A stretch of DNA of 32,000 nucleotides from Snodgrassella alvi. Lineage in GTDB: Bacteria; Pseudomonadota; Gammaproteobacteria; Burkholderiales; Neisseriaceae. The notes under the pieces are model-generated. The model did not search any database. It was not told the DNA's origin and saw only the letters and a list, made by a program, of their open reading frames with translations. This document shows positions 19,239 through 27,944 of the stretch, piece by piece (position 1 is the stretch's first letter; each line of letters begins with the position of its first letter). Made by a program: the position numbers and the translations under genes. The DNA lies in NCBI RefSeq assembly GCF_002777425.1, contig NZ_MDVC01000059.1, forward strand, positions 7,802 to 39,801. Direction: 5' to 3'.

Positions 19239-19269
19239 AAACAATGCTCTCCAAAGTAGTAAAGCCATT

Positions 19270-21873
19270 ATGTCTGATGCACTTTTTGCCAAAGAAACCA
19301 TAACAGTATCTCTTGAAGAAGAAATGCGCCGCTCCTACCTCGATTACGCCATGAGCGTTATCGTAGGACGCGCCCTTCCCGATGTGCGTGATGGCCTGAA
19401 ACCAGTTCATCGCCGTGTACTGTACGCCATGCACGAGCTGAACAACGACTGGAATCGTGCCTACAAAAAATCAGCACGTATTGTCGGCGATGTTATCGGT
19501 AAATACCACCCGCACGGCGACACCGCCGTTTACGACACCATCGTGCGTATGGCACAGGATTTCTCCATGCGCTACATGCTGGTAGACGGACAGGGTAATT
19601 TTGGTTCCGTTGACGGCGACAGCGCCGCAGCCATGCGTTACACCGAAATCCGCATGGCAAAAATTGCGCACGAATTACTGGCCGATATCGATCAGGAAAC
19701 CGTCGACTTCATTCCCAACTACGACGGCAACGAAAGCGAACCAGCCGTACTGCCCACACGGATTCCGGCACTGCTGGTTAACGGTTCTTCCGGTATCGCC
19801 GTTGGCATGGCTACCAATATACCGCCGCACAACATCAACGAAGTGCTTGGCGGCGCCAAAGCCCTGCTGGCTGACGAAAATCTCAGCATTGACGAACTTA
19901 TCGACCTGATTCCGGCACCGGATTTTCCTACCGGCGGCATCATCTATGGCCTCTCCGGCGTGCGCGAAGGCTACCGCACCGGCCGTGGTCGCGTCGTCAT
20001 GCGTGGCAAAACCCACATCGAACCAATCGGCAAACACGACGATCGCGAAGCCATCATCATTGATGAAATCCCGTATCAGGTAAACAAAGCCAGACTGGTC
20101 GAAAAAATTGGTGAGCTCGTACACAGCAAAGTTATCGAAGGTATTTCCGACCTGCGCGACGAATCAGATAAATCCGGCATGCGCGTGGTTATCGAACTCA
20201 AACGCAACGAAAATGCCGAAGTTGTACTCAACCAGCTCTATAAACTAACTCAATTGCAAGACAGCTTCGGTATCAACATGGTGGCACTGGTAGATGGCCA
20301 GCCGCGCCTGCTCAATCTGAAACAGATACTAAATGAATTTTTACGTCATCGCCGCGAAGTCGTTACCCGGCGCACCATGTTTGCTCTACGTAAAGCACGC
20401 GAACGTGGTCATGTACTTGAAGGTTTGGCCGTAGCTCTGTCCAACCTTGACGAGATCATCACCCTGATTAAAACTTCCGCAACACCACCAGAAGCCAAAG
20501 CTGCTTTAACTTCGCGTCCGTGGCGCTCAGGTCTGGTCGCCCAGATGCTTGCCCGCAGCGACATCGATGCTCAACTGGTTAAGCCACAAGATTTACCTGA
20601 AAATACTGGGCTATTTGGCAATGACTACTTCCTCTCCGACGCACAGGCACAGGCCATCCTCGATATGCGTCTGCAACGCCTTACTGGTTTGGAACAAGAT
20701 AAAATCGTTGATGAATACAAAAGCGTCCTCGATATTATCCTTGACCTGCTCGACATTCTGGCCAATCCCGTGCGCATCAACCAGATTATTCATGACGAAC
20801 TGACTGCTATTCAGCAACAGTTTGGTGATGAACGCCGCAGCGAAATTAATGCCTTCGGTGGCGACATTGCCGACGAAGACTTGATCCCGCAGCGCGACAT
20901 GGTTGTTACTCTCACTCATGGCGGCTACATCAAAACTCAGCAGGTAGACGACTATCAGGCACAACGGCGTGGCGGTCGAGGCAAGCAGGCCACTGCCACT
21001 AAAGACGAAGACTTTATCGAAACTCTGTTTATTGCCAACACCCACGACTACCTGCTGTGCTTCACCAGCTTGGGCAAATGTCACTGGATAAAAGTCTACA
21101 AACTGCCCGAAGGTGGCCGCAACAGCCGTGGCCGACCGGTTAACAACCTGATTCAGCTCGAAGAGGGTGAAAAAATCAACACCATCCTGCCAGTACGCGA
21201 ATTCAGCGAAAACGAATACGTCTTCATGTGTACCGAACAGGGCATCGTCAAAAAAACCTCCCTGATCGACTTCTCCCGTCCACGTACTGCCGGCATCATC
21301 GCCCTCGGACTAGACGAAGGCGACCACCTGATAGGCGCCGTAAAAACTGCCGGCAAACACGACATCATGCTGTTTTCCAATGGCGGTAAAGCCGTACGCT
21401 TCAGCGAAGACAACGTCCGTGCAATGGGACGTAGCGCCCGTGGCGTACGCGGCATGAAACTGGCTGAAAACAATCAGGTCATCAGCCTGCTGGCATACGA
21501 TACCGAAGAAGACGGCAACAAACTGGTACTCACCGCCACCGCCAACGGCTTCGGCAAACGCACCGTCGTTGACGATTACCGCCGTTCCGGCCGTGGTACT
21601 CAGGGCGTTATTGCCATCGATACCGGTGAACGCAATGGCGACCTCGTGGCCGCCACCCTCGTGGCCGACAGTGACGACCTCATGCTGATTACCAGCGGTG
21701 GCGTACTGATTCGCACCAAAGTCGAACAGATACGCGCCACCGGCCGCGCCGCGGCCGGCGTAAAACTCATCAATCTTGATGAAGGCGAAAAACTGGTTAG
21801 TCTGGAACGCATTGCCGAACCAGAAGAAAACAGCAACACCGAAGTAGATGTACTGGATACCCCGGAAAATTAA
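19270..21873 (+). CDS. gyrA: DNA gyrase subunit A
   Basis: The 867-aa product contains [39 protein letters not shown]. It also contains the QRDR segment [20 protein letters not shown], the active-site AAAMRYTE, and a C-terminal beta-pinwheel. It is collinear with Neisseria GyrA from memory. Confidence 0.97.
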   Translation: MSDALFAKETITVSLEEEMRRSYLDYAMSVIVGRALPDVRDGLKPVHRRVLYAMHELNNDWNRAYKKSARIVGDVIGKYHPHGDTAVYDTIVRMAQDFSMRYMLVDGQGNFGSVDGDSAAAMRYTEIRMAKIAHELLADIDQETVDFIPNYDGNESEPAVLPTRIPALLVNGSSGIAVGMATNIPPHNINEVLGGAKALLADENLSIDELIDLIPAPDFPTGGIIYGLSGVREGYRTGRGRVVMRGKTHIEPIGKHDDREAIIIDEIPYQVNKARLVEKIGELVHSKVIEGISDLRDESDKSGMRVVIELKRNENAEVVLNQLYKLTQLQDSFGINMVALVDGQPRLLNLKQILNEFLRHRREVVTRRTMFALRKARERGHVLEGLAVALSNLDEIITLIKTSATPPEAKAALTSRPWRSGLVAQMLARSDIDAQLVKPQDLPENTGLFGNDYFLSDAQAQAILDMRLQRLTGLEQDKIVDEYKSVLDIILDLLDILANPVRINQIIHDELTAIQQQFGDERRSEINAFGGDIADEDLIPQRDMVVTLTHGGYIKTQQVDDYQAQRRGGRGKQATATKDEDFIETLFIANTHDYLLCFTSLGKCHWIKVYKLPEGGRNSRGRPVNNLIQLEEGEKINTILPVREFSENEYVFMCTEQGIVKKTSLIDFSRPRTAGIIALGLDEGDHLIGAVKTAGKHDIMLFSNGGKAVRFSEDNVRAMGRSARGVRGMKLAENNQVISLLAYDTEEDGNKLVLTATANGFGKRTVVDDYRRSGRGTQGVIAIDTGERNGDLVAATLVADSDDLMLITSGGVLIRTKVEQIRATGRAAAGVKLINLDEGEKLVSLERIAEPEENSNTEVDVLDTPEN

Positions 21874-21889
21874 ATCCAGCAGCGAAATA

Positions 21890-21922
21890 AATAAAGCCGA
21901 CTTTGCCAGTCGGCTTTATTCT
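21890..21922 (+). terminator. Rho-independent terminator of gyrA
   Basis: The stem pairs aaagccgac (21893-21901) with gtcggcttt (21909-21917) and is followed by a T-rich run (attctt). Confidence 0.7.
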
Positions 21923-21964
21923 TATCCAAGCAAACACATCCTTAGCCATACACCACTTGATAAC

Positions 21965-21983
21965 AATAATGAAATCTATTATC
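21965..21983 (+). promoter_or_regulatory. Candidate Fur box upstream of bfd
   Basis: The sequence aataatgaaatctattatc matches GATAATGATAATCATTATC at 14 of 19 positions (counted by hand). It lies 44 nt upstream of the bfd ATG. Confidence 0.45.
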
Positions 21984-22026
21984 ATCTTCATTCGCAAAAA
22001 CAAACCACATCCACAAAGGAAAAATC

Positions 22027-22224
22027 ATGTACGTTTGTCTGTGCAATGCCATCACCGATCGCCAGATAAAAGAAACCGTAGCCGCCGGCGCTTCCAGCCT
22101 CACCGACTTGCAGGCGCAGCTTGGTGTAGCCACCTGTTGCGGCTGCTGTGCCGATTTGGCCAGCTCATACCTGTCATCTCGCCACGACAACCTAACCAGT
22201 TGCACCAAAGCCGATAACAAATAA
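22027..22224 (+). CDS. bfd: Bacterioferritin-associated ferredoxin ([2Fe-2S] BFD-like)
   Basis: The 65-aa product starts MYVCLCNAITDRQIKE and contains the ...TCCGCC cysteine pattern. AAGGAA lies upstream of the ATG. Confidence 0.85.
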   Translation: MYVCLCNAITDRQIKETVAAGASSLTDLQAQLGVATCCGCCADLASSYLSSRHDNLTSCTKADNK

Positions 22225-22350
22225 GCATCTGATAATCTGCCACACATTTAAATTACTTAAATTTCTCAGAATAACCAGAATACAAAACCCATATCAATTA
22301 CAAAAAAACAACATATAAACTTACATACACACATGTAAAACAAACATAAA

Positions 22351-22380
22351 TTGATATAAAAACCCAATTCATCACATAAT
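22351..22380 (+). promoter_or_regulatory. Candidate sigma70-type promoter for rhs (TTGATA-18-CATAAT)
   Basis: These hexamers were read from the sequence in the A-rich 262-bp bfd-rhs spacer. A 7-bp inverted repeat ctgccaa/ttggcag (22406-22427) lies between them and the RBS. Confidence 0.25.
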
Positions 22381-22486
22381 ATAACCTCAAACAAACCATT
22401 AACACCTGCCAACTTAACCATTGGCAGCTAATCAAACAAACTTTCGAATTTAGAAACTGATATTTTGAGCAAAAAGGGGTTTTGCT

Positions 22487-25400
22487 ATGGGAGAAGCTTA
22501 TTGGGCTGCTCGAAAAGGAGACAAACTTCTACACACCTCCATCTGGGCTGATATCGCAGGTGCCGCAGTAGAACTCGCCTGCTATGGCGCAATCGGCCTT
22601 ATCCCCGGTGGCCTCATCGTTACCACCCTTGTTAGCGTAGCTGTTTCTGTTACCGGACTTAATGACGTCATATCAGACTTATCTGAAAGTGTCAGCGACT
22701 TATTCCCCATGGTCGAAGATGGCGAAATCATGTCAGGTTCAGCCAACACCCATATCAACGGCAAACCAGCAGCCCGCGCTGCCGGTACCGTAGACCAAAG
22801 TATTCAGCTCAGTGACGGCAGTGAAGAACCACAACAGCCTGAAAGCTTTATCGATATGGCCAAAGGCATGCTGGATGGTGCATGGGAGAGCATCAAACAG
22901 CTTCCCCAGCAAATCGTCAGACCCACCGTAGCCGCACCAGACCCTCGGGCAGTACCCAAAGATAACGACAAAATCACTTGTGCCAAGCATCCACATCTAC
23001 CCGGCACATATGAATACATGGCCGAAGGTTCCAGCAAAGTCTACATCAACGGCCAGCCTGCCGTACGCAGCAACGACCGCAGCACCTGCGAAGCCAAAGT
23101 TACCGATAACTGCGAAGGTGGTGTCAGAGTTTCCAACAACGTGCGCATCGGCGGTGAACCCATCGTCGTGCGCGAGATCCGAAGTGGTAAACACCCCATT
23201 GGGCTGGCAATTTCCGTATTTTCACTAATATTTAACCGTAAAAAACTTTGCACTCAATTTGGCTGTTTTGGACTGGGATTTATGCGAGATGCCGCTATTG
23301 GCTATATCGCCGGTAAAGCAGCAGATGCCATAAAAAAAGGGTTCCCCGTTCACCTGCCCACTGGCGCCAAACTCCTTGCTGGCGCCGAAGAGCTCGACTT
23401 CTCTGTCCCCGCTCATTTTCCCATCGAATGGCAACGCTTCTACAGCAGCGTCGACACCCGTACCCACAACATATTTGGTGCCGGCTGGAGCGTCCCCTAT
23501 GAAGTAGAAATGGAAATTTCCCCGCAGCCAGACGGTTCCTGTACTGCCGTCTACATCGACGAACAAGGGCGGCGCATCGAAATCGAAGCCATGCAGCCGG
23601 GCGAAGGCATCCGCGGCTTCAACGAAAACCTCAGCATCCGCCGCGGTGAACAGAATCGCTGGGTCATCGAAGACGACGACGGCATCTACCGCCTGTTCGA
23701 ACCCGATCCCAACCAGCCCAACCGTCTCTACCTCACCGTACTGCAAGACCGCAACGACAACAAGCACCTGATCTCCCGTGATACCCACAGTCGCATCATC
23801 GAAATAGCCAACGAAACCAACACCACCCGCATCACCTTACACTATCAGGACAAACGCCACCCCCAGCGCGTCACACACATCAAAAGAGAACTAGCCGATG
23901 GCAGCAGCCAGCTACTGAACCAGTACCACTACAGCGAACAGGGCGACCTGCAACAAGTCATCGATGCAGAAAATCGCACCACCAGAGAATTTGCCTACGA
24001 CAACGGCCGGCGCATGACTTACCACCGCCTGCCTACCGGCCTACAGTGTTATTACCAGTGGCAGCACTTCGACGGAGCAGTAGAAACCGCATGGCGCGTC
24101 ATCCATCACTGGAGCGAAGCCGACGGCAAACGACTAGAAGACTATCACTTCCAGTATGATCTCGAACAACGCCTCACCACCGTCCACGACAGCATCGGCC
24201 GCAGCAGCAAACACTACTGGAACGAAGTCTACCAAATCACCCGTTATATCGACCCCCTCGGCCAGACTACCGAATTTGAGTGGAACGAAGACCAGCAACT
24301 GGTCAGCGTCACCGATCCGCAAGGTGGGAAGTGGCGCTACAGCTACGACGAACAGGGACGCGAAACCGCAGAAACCGACCCCCTCGGCCGTACCACACAA
24401 ACCCAGTGGCTGCCGCACTGGGCTTTACCCACCATCAGCGTTGACCCCGATGGCAGCATCTGGCGTTACTACTACGACCAGCGCGGTAACCTGCGCAGCG
24501 TTATCGACCCCCACAAACAGCGTACCCACTACCAGTACGACCAGCATGGCCAGATAGTTCAGATCACCGATGCCCGCGGTGGCAACAAATACCTGCGCTG
24601 GAACCAGAACGGCCAGCTGACCCAACATGTCGACTGCTCCGGTACCGCCACCCACCTCTATTACGATGCATCAGGCAATCTCAGCAGCATCTCCGACGCC
24701 CAGTGTAACAGCAGCAAATACCACTACAACGCTGCCGGCCAGCTTACCGGCGTTACCTTAACCGACGGCAGACAGGAACACTATCGCGTCAACAGTGCCG
24801 GCCAGCTACTGACCTATACCGATCCCGCCGGCCACAGCACCCACTACCAGCGCGACCCGCGCGGACTGGTGCATACCCGCATCGATGCTGCCGGACGCAA
24901 ACTCGGCTTTAACTACGACGCCTATGGCCGCCTCAATACCCTCACCAACGAAAACGGCGAACACTACCAGTTTCAATACGATGCCGCCGACCGCTTAATC
25001 GAACAGACCGATCTGGACGGGCGTAAACAGAGATACAGCTACGATACACTGGATAACGTCAGCGCCGTGCACTTTGCTGCCGGCAGCAGTGCCGAAATCA
25101 TCCACCGCTTTAAACGCGATGCCATCGGCCGCCTGATCGGCAAATATACCACCGACGGCAACACCGCCTACCAGTACGATAAAGCCGACAACCTTATCAA
25201 AGTCGGCTACAAAAAAGCCGGCCTGCCCGCAGAAGCTGAACCCGATATCATCACTTTCAGCTACGACCAACTGGGTAATCTGCTGAGCGAAACCACCGCA
25301 CAGGGTACCCTCAGCCACCAGTACGACCCACTGGGCAACCGCATCGCCACTACTCTGCCGGATGGGCGCACCATCAACAGCCTCTATTACGGCTCCGGCC

Positions 25401-26845
25401 ACCTGCACCAGATAAATATCGACGGCCACATCATCAGCGATATCGAACGCGACAACCTGCACCGCGAAGTATTACGCACCCAAGGACGCCTGAACACCCA
25501 GTTCAAATACGACCGCAACAGCCGTCTGCAACGCAAACAGATACAGCGCAATCAGAATCCCATCCTGCCCGATATCCTCATCGAACGCAGCTACCAGTAC
25601 GACAACCTCGACCGGCTGGTAAGCAAAAAGCACAGCAAACACGGGCAGACCGATTACTACTATGATCGCACCGGCAGAATCGAAGGCTGCCGCAACCAGA
25701 GATACTGGGAAACTCTGCAATACGATGCGGCCGCTAACCTGCTGGACAGCAAATACCGAGAAGACTACAGCAACTACAACCTGATTCGCTGTAACCAGCT
25801 CCTGCATTTCAGAGGGCACCACTACCGCTACGACGAGCACGGCAGAACCCAGACCAAACAGACCATTGGTGCTACCCAGCACTATCATTACGATGCCGAA
25901 CACCGTCTGAGCGAAGTACGCATCGAACAAACAGGCCGCAGTCAGCGTTACGGCTATGTTTATGACGCCTTAGGCCGGCGTATTGAAAAGCATCAAATAG
26001 ACCGCGAGGGTCAACCCTACAACCGTACCCGCTTCCTGTGGGACGGCTTAAGAATGATTCAGGAAACCGGCCCAAATCACCCCACCAGTCTGTATATCTA
26101 TACCGACCAGAACAGCTACGAACCACTGGCGCGGATAGACACAGACGGCAACCAAGAACAACATATCCGCTACTTCCACACCGACCTGAACGGCTGTCCG
26201 GAAGAACTGACCGACGAAAACGGCGAATTACTGTGGGAATGTAGCTTTCAGTTATGGGGAAAGCGGATTCATGAAATCGGACACGAATCAGTAGAACAAA
26301 ACCTCAGATATCAGGGACAATATTTAGACAGAGAAACCGGCTTACATTACAATACTTTCAGGTATTATGATCCGGATATAGGTAGATTTACTCAGCCAGA
26401 TCCGATTGGTTTAGCTGGTGGTTTGAATCTGTATCAGTATGCGCCTAATGGGTTGACTTGGATTGATCCGTGGGGCTTATGGACATACTATACAATGCCA
26501 GGTATTGATGGCTTCCAAAAACACCATATTATTCCGCAGCAATTAAAAAATCACGCTTTGCTTAAAGAGGCTGGCATGAATATTCATTCGATAAAAAACA
26601 TTATTTATCTCCCTAGATCGGCTGATGCGCATCCTACCAGAACTATTCATAAAGGTTCGCACCCTGAATATACTAAGATAACAAAACGTGAAATGGATCA
26701 TCTATTAGAACAAGGAAAAATAAATAAATGGACACAAAAAGAATATAAAGACGCTTTAAGAAAATTAATCCGAGAGCAAAGAGCTAATTTACGTAGTGGT
26801 AAAACCATTTTAAACAAAAATTCAATTAGATCTAAAGGATGCTGA
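22487..26845 (+). CDS. rhs: Rhs-family polymorphic toxin: prePAAR motif + TM helices + PAAR + YD-repeat cage + DPWGL + AHH-type nuclease tip
   Basis: The 1452-aa product has an ATG start with AAAGGGG upstream. AARKGDKLLH occupies aa 7-16, followed by a hydrophobic region at aa ~20-58. PAAR strands include GSANTHINGKPAARAAG and GSSKVYINGQPAVRSNDRSTC. Dozens of YD-type repeats are present (YxYDxxGR/N). The core ends PNGLTWIDPWGL (DPWGL at 26465-26479). The tip contains KHHIIPQ...IYLP...HKGSHPEY. Confidence 0.95.
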   Translation: MGEAYWAARKGDKLLHTSIWADIAGAAVELACYGAIGLIPGGLIVTTLVSVAVSVTGLNDVISDLSESVSDLFPMVEDGEIMSGSANTHINGKPAARAAGTVDQSIQLSDGSEEPQQPESFIDMAKGMLDGAWESIKQLPQQIVRPTVAAPDPRAVPKDNDKITCAKHPHLPGTYEYMAEGSSKVYINGQPAVRSNDRSTCEAKVTDNCEGGVRVSNNVRIGGEPIVVREIRSGKHPIGLAISVFSLIFNRKKLCTQFGCFGLGFMRDAAIGYIAGKAADAIKKGFPVHLPTGAKLLAGAEELDFSVPAHFPIEWQRFYSSVDTRTHNIFGAGWSVPYEVEMEISPQPDGSCTAVYIDEQGRRIEIEAMQPGEGIRGFNENLSIRRGEQNRWVIEDDDGIYRLFEPDPNQPNRLYLTVLQDRNDNKHLISRDTHSRIIEIANETNTTRITLHYQDKRHPQRVTHIKRELADGSSQLLNQYHYSEQGDLQQVIDAENRTTREFAYDNGRRMTYHRLPTGLQCYYQWQHFDGAVETAWRVIHHWSEADGKRLEDYHFQYDLEQRLTTVHDSIGRSSKHYWNEVYQITRYIDPLGQTTEFEWNEDQQLVSVTDPQGGKWRYSYDEQGRETAETDPLGRTTQTQWLPHWALPTISVDPDGSIWRYYYDQRGNLRSVIDPHKQRTHYQYDQHGQIVQITDARGGNKYLRWNQNGQLTQHVDCSGTATHLYYDASGNLSSISDAQCNSSKYHYNAAGQLTGVTLTDGRQEHYRVNSAGQLLTYTDPAGHSTHYQRDPRGLVHTRIDAAGRKLGFNYDAYGRLNTLTNENGEHYQFQYDAADRLIEQTDLDGRKQRYSYDTLDNVSAVHFAAGSSAEIIHRFKRDAIGRLIGKYTTDGNTAYQYDKADNLIKVGYKKAGLPAEAEPDIITFSYDQLGNLLSETTAQGTLSHQYDPLGNRIATTLPDGRTINSLYYGSGHLHQINIDGHIISDIERDNLHREVLRTQGRLNTQFKYDRNSRLQRKQIQRNQNPILPDILIERSYQYDNLDRLVSKKHSKHGQTDYYYDRTGRIEGCRNQRYWETLQYDAAANLLDSKYREDYSNYNLIRCNQLLHFRGHHYRYDEHGRTQTKQTIGATQHYHYDAEHRLSEVRIEQTGRSQRYGYVYDALGRRIEKHQIDREGQPYNRTRFLWDGLRMIQETGPNHPTSLYIYTDQNSYEPLARIDTDGNQEQHIRYFHTDLNGCPEELTDENGELLWECSFQLWGKRIHEIGHESVEQNLRYQGQYLDRETGLHYNTFRYYDPDIGRFTQPDPIGLAGGLNLYQYAPNGLTWIDPWGLWTYYTMPGIDGFQKHHIIPQQLKNHALLKEAGMNIHSIKNIIYLPRSADAHPTRTIHKGSHPEYTKITKREMDHLLEQGKINKWTQKEYKDALRKLIREQRANLRSGKTILNKNSIRSKGC
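25598..26479 (+). repeat. Rhs core 3' segment, master copy of the repeat shared with the orphan cassettes
   Basis: This segment aligns by eye with 28342-29229 and 30040-30917. Its last 150 bp (26330-26479) also aligns with 27405-27554. Confidence 0.9.
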
Positions 26846-26846
26846 T

Positions 26847-27392
26847 ATGGTATACGAACTAAAAATATCTGATAATTATTCTGATAGTTATTGGTTTGAA
26901 TATGAACAAAGTGAGTTTTCTAATATTGATTTGATTCAAGGCAAGAAAATAAGACTCGATAATCCTTTAAATTTTGAACTAAAAAAGAAGGTAAGTGAGA
27001 AGAAGTTACTATCTTTTGATTATTTTTTGAGTGATGGTCCTGATTTTATCTCACCCAGACTCGCAACCCTACTTGCAGATAATAAAGATTTTTTAAAAGA
27101 TGTTCAATTGCTTGATGCAAATGTGGTTATTAATGGTAAAAACTATTCTGGCTTTAAGGTATTAAATATTCTTCGTATGCTATCATGTATAGATATGGAT
27201 AAATCTGATAGTGTACCAATATTAGATCATTTGCCTGATGGACCAAAAAGATTTACTCAGATTGTCTTTAGGAATGATGTGATAGAAGATTTTTATATGG
27301 CGAGATGCCTAGAATATAAATATTGTGTTGTAATTTCAGAGAAATTAAGACAATTATTTATTGAAAATAATGTCAAAGGTATAGAATTATAA
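26847..27392 (+). CDS. Cognate immunity protein of the AHH tip (Imm11/DUF1629-like)
   Basis: The gene starts 1 nt after the rhs TGA, with AGGA 8 nt upstream. It is AT-rich like the toxin tip. The DFISPRLATLL...V..LDANVVING..Y.GF.VLNI....CIDMDKSD and ISEKLRQLF..N.V.G pattern resembles my recollection of Imm11, but this is unverified. Confidence 0.7.
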   Translation: MVYELKISDNYSDSYWFEYEQSEFSNIDLIQGKKIRLDNPLNFELKKKVSEKKLLSFDYFLSDGPDFISPRLATLLADNKDFLKDVQLLDANVVINGKNYSGFKVLNILRMLSCIDMDKSDSVPILDHLPDGPKRFTQIVFRNDVIEDFYMARCLEYKYCVVISEKLRQLFIENNVKGIEL

Positions 27393-27404
27393 CTATAATG
27401 AACT

Positions 27405-27554
27405 AGAAAAACCGGCTTACATTACAATACTTTCAGGTATTATGATCCGGATATAGGTAGATTTACCCAGCCAGACCTGATTGGGCTGCTGGGTGGGTTT
27501 AATCTGTATCAGTATGCGCCTAATGGGTTAACTTGGGTGGATCCTTTAGGATTG
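27405..27554 (+). repeat. 150-bp rhs core-end homology heading orphan cassette 1
   Basis: The segment encodes (R)KTGLHYNTFRYYDPDIGRFTQPDLIGLLGGFNLYQYAPNGLTWVDPLGL. It is collinear with 26330-26479. Confidence 0.9.
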
Positions 27555-27944
27555 AATGCTTTTGATGTTGGTAGTTATATTGATCTAAGGAATAAGGTCA
27601 AAGGTCGTAATACTGGATTAGATGCTCACCATGTAGGACAAAAAGCAATTATGCAAAATCTTGTAAAAGGATATGATCCTAAAACAGCTCCAGCTATTTT
27701 AGTTCCCGAAGCTGGACATAGGTTCCTTAAAGATGAAGTTGGAATTGTTGCACGTAGTAAAATTAACTCTAGAACAGGAAAACCATTTAGTAGCGCTAGA
27801 GAGTTATTAGCTAGAGATATACGTGAGTTAAGAAGAGTTTACCCACAAATACCCAATAGCGCTCTTCAGAAATTAATTACCAAAAATAAAGAAATGTATC
27901 CAGAGATGAGAAAACCGAAACCTAATGGAAAAAGAGGTTGTTAA
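27537..27944 (+). CDS. Orphan rhs-CT 1: toxin domain of unrecognised family with DAHH motif
   Basis: The frame is open from 27402, but the only start-like codon is the GTG at 27537, which is the Val of VDPLGL. The toxin part (27555-27941) reads NAFDVGSYIDLRNKVKGRNTGLDAHHVGQKAIM...AILVPEAGHRF.... It is AT-rich. Confidence 0.65.
   Translation: MDPLGLNAFDVGSYIDLRNKVKGRNTGLDAHHVGQKAIMQNLVKGYDPKTAPAILVPEAGHRFLKDEVGIVARSKINSRTGKPFSSARELLARDIRELRRVYPQIPNSALQKLITKNKEMYPEMRKPKPNGKRGC

Noticed and set aside
19516-19530. GyrA QRDR has Thr at the E. coli Ser83-equivalent position ([11 protein letters not shown])
   Set aside because: Thr is the wild-type residue in several susceptible species. This is not evidence of quinolone resistance without species reference data.
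22582-26244. Many long minus-strand and off-frame ORFs inside rhs (e.g. 23225..23788, 24995..25462, 25472..25930)
   Set aside because: They lie entirely within, and antisense or out of frame to, a 1452-codon gene with unmistakable Rhs/YD repeats. Their low-complexity V/A/G-rich products are typical of shadow ORFs in repetitive, GC-biased coding sequence.
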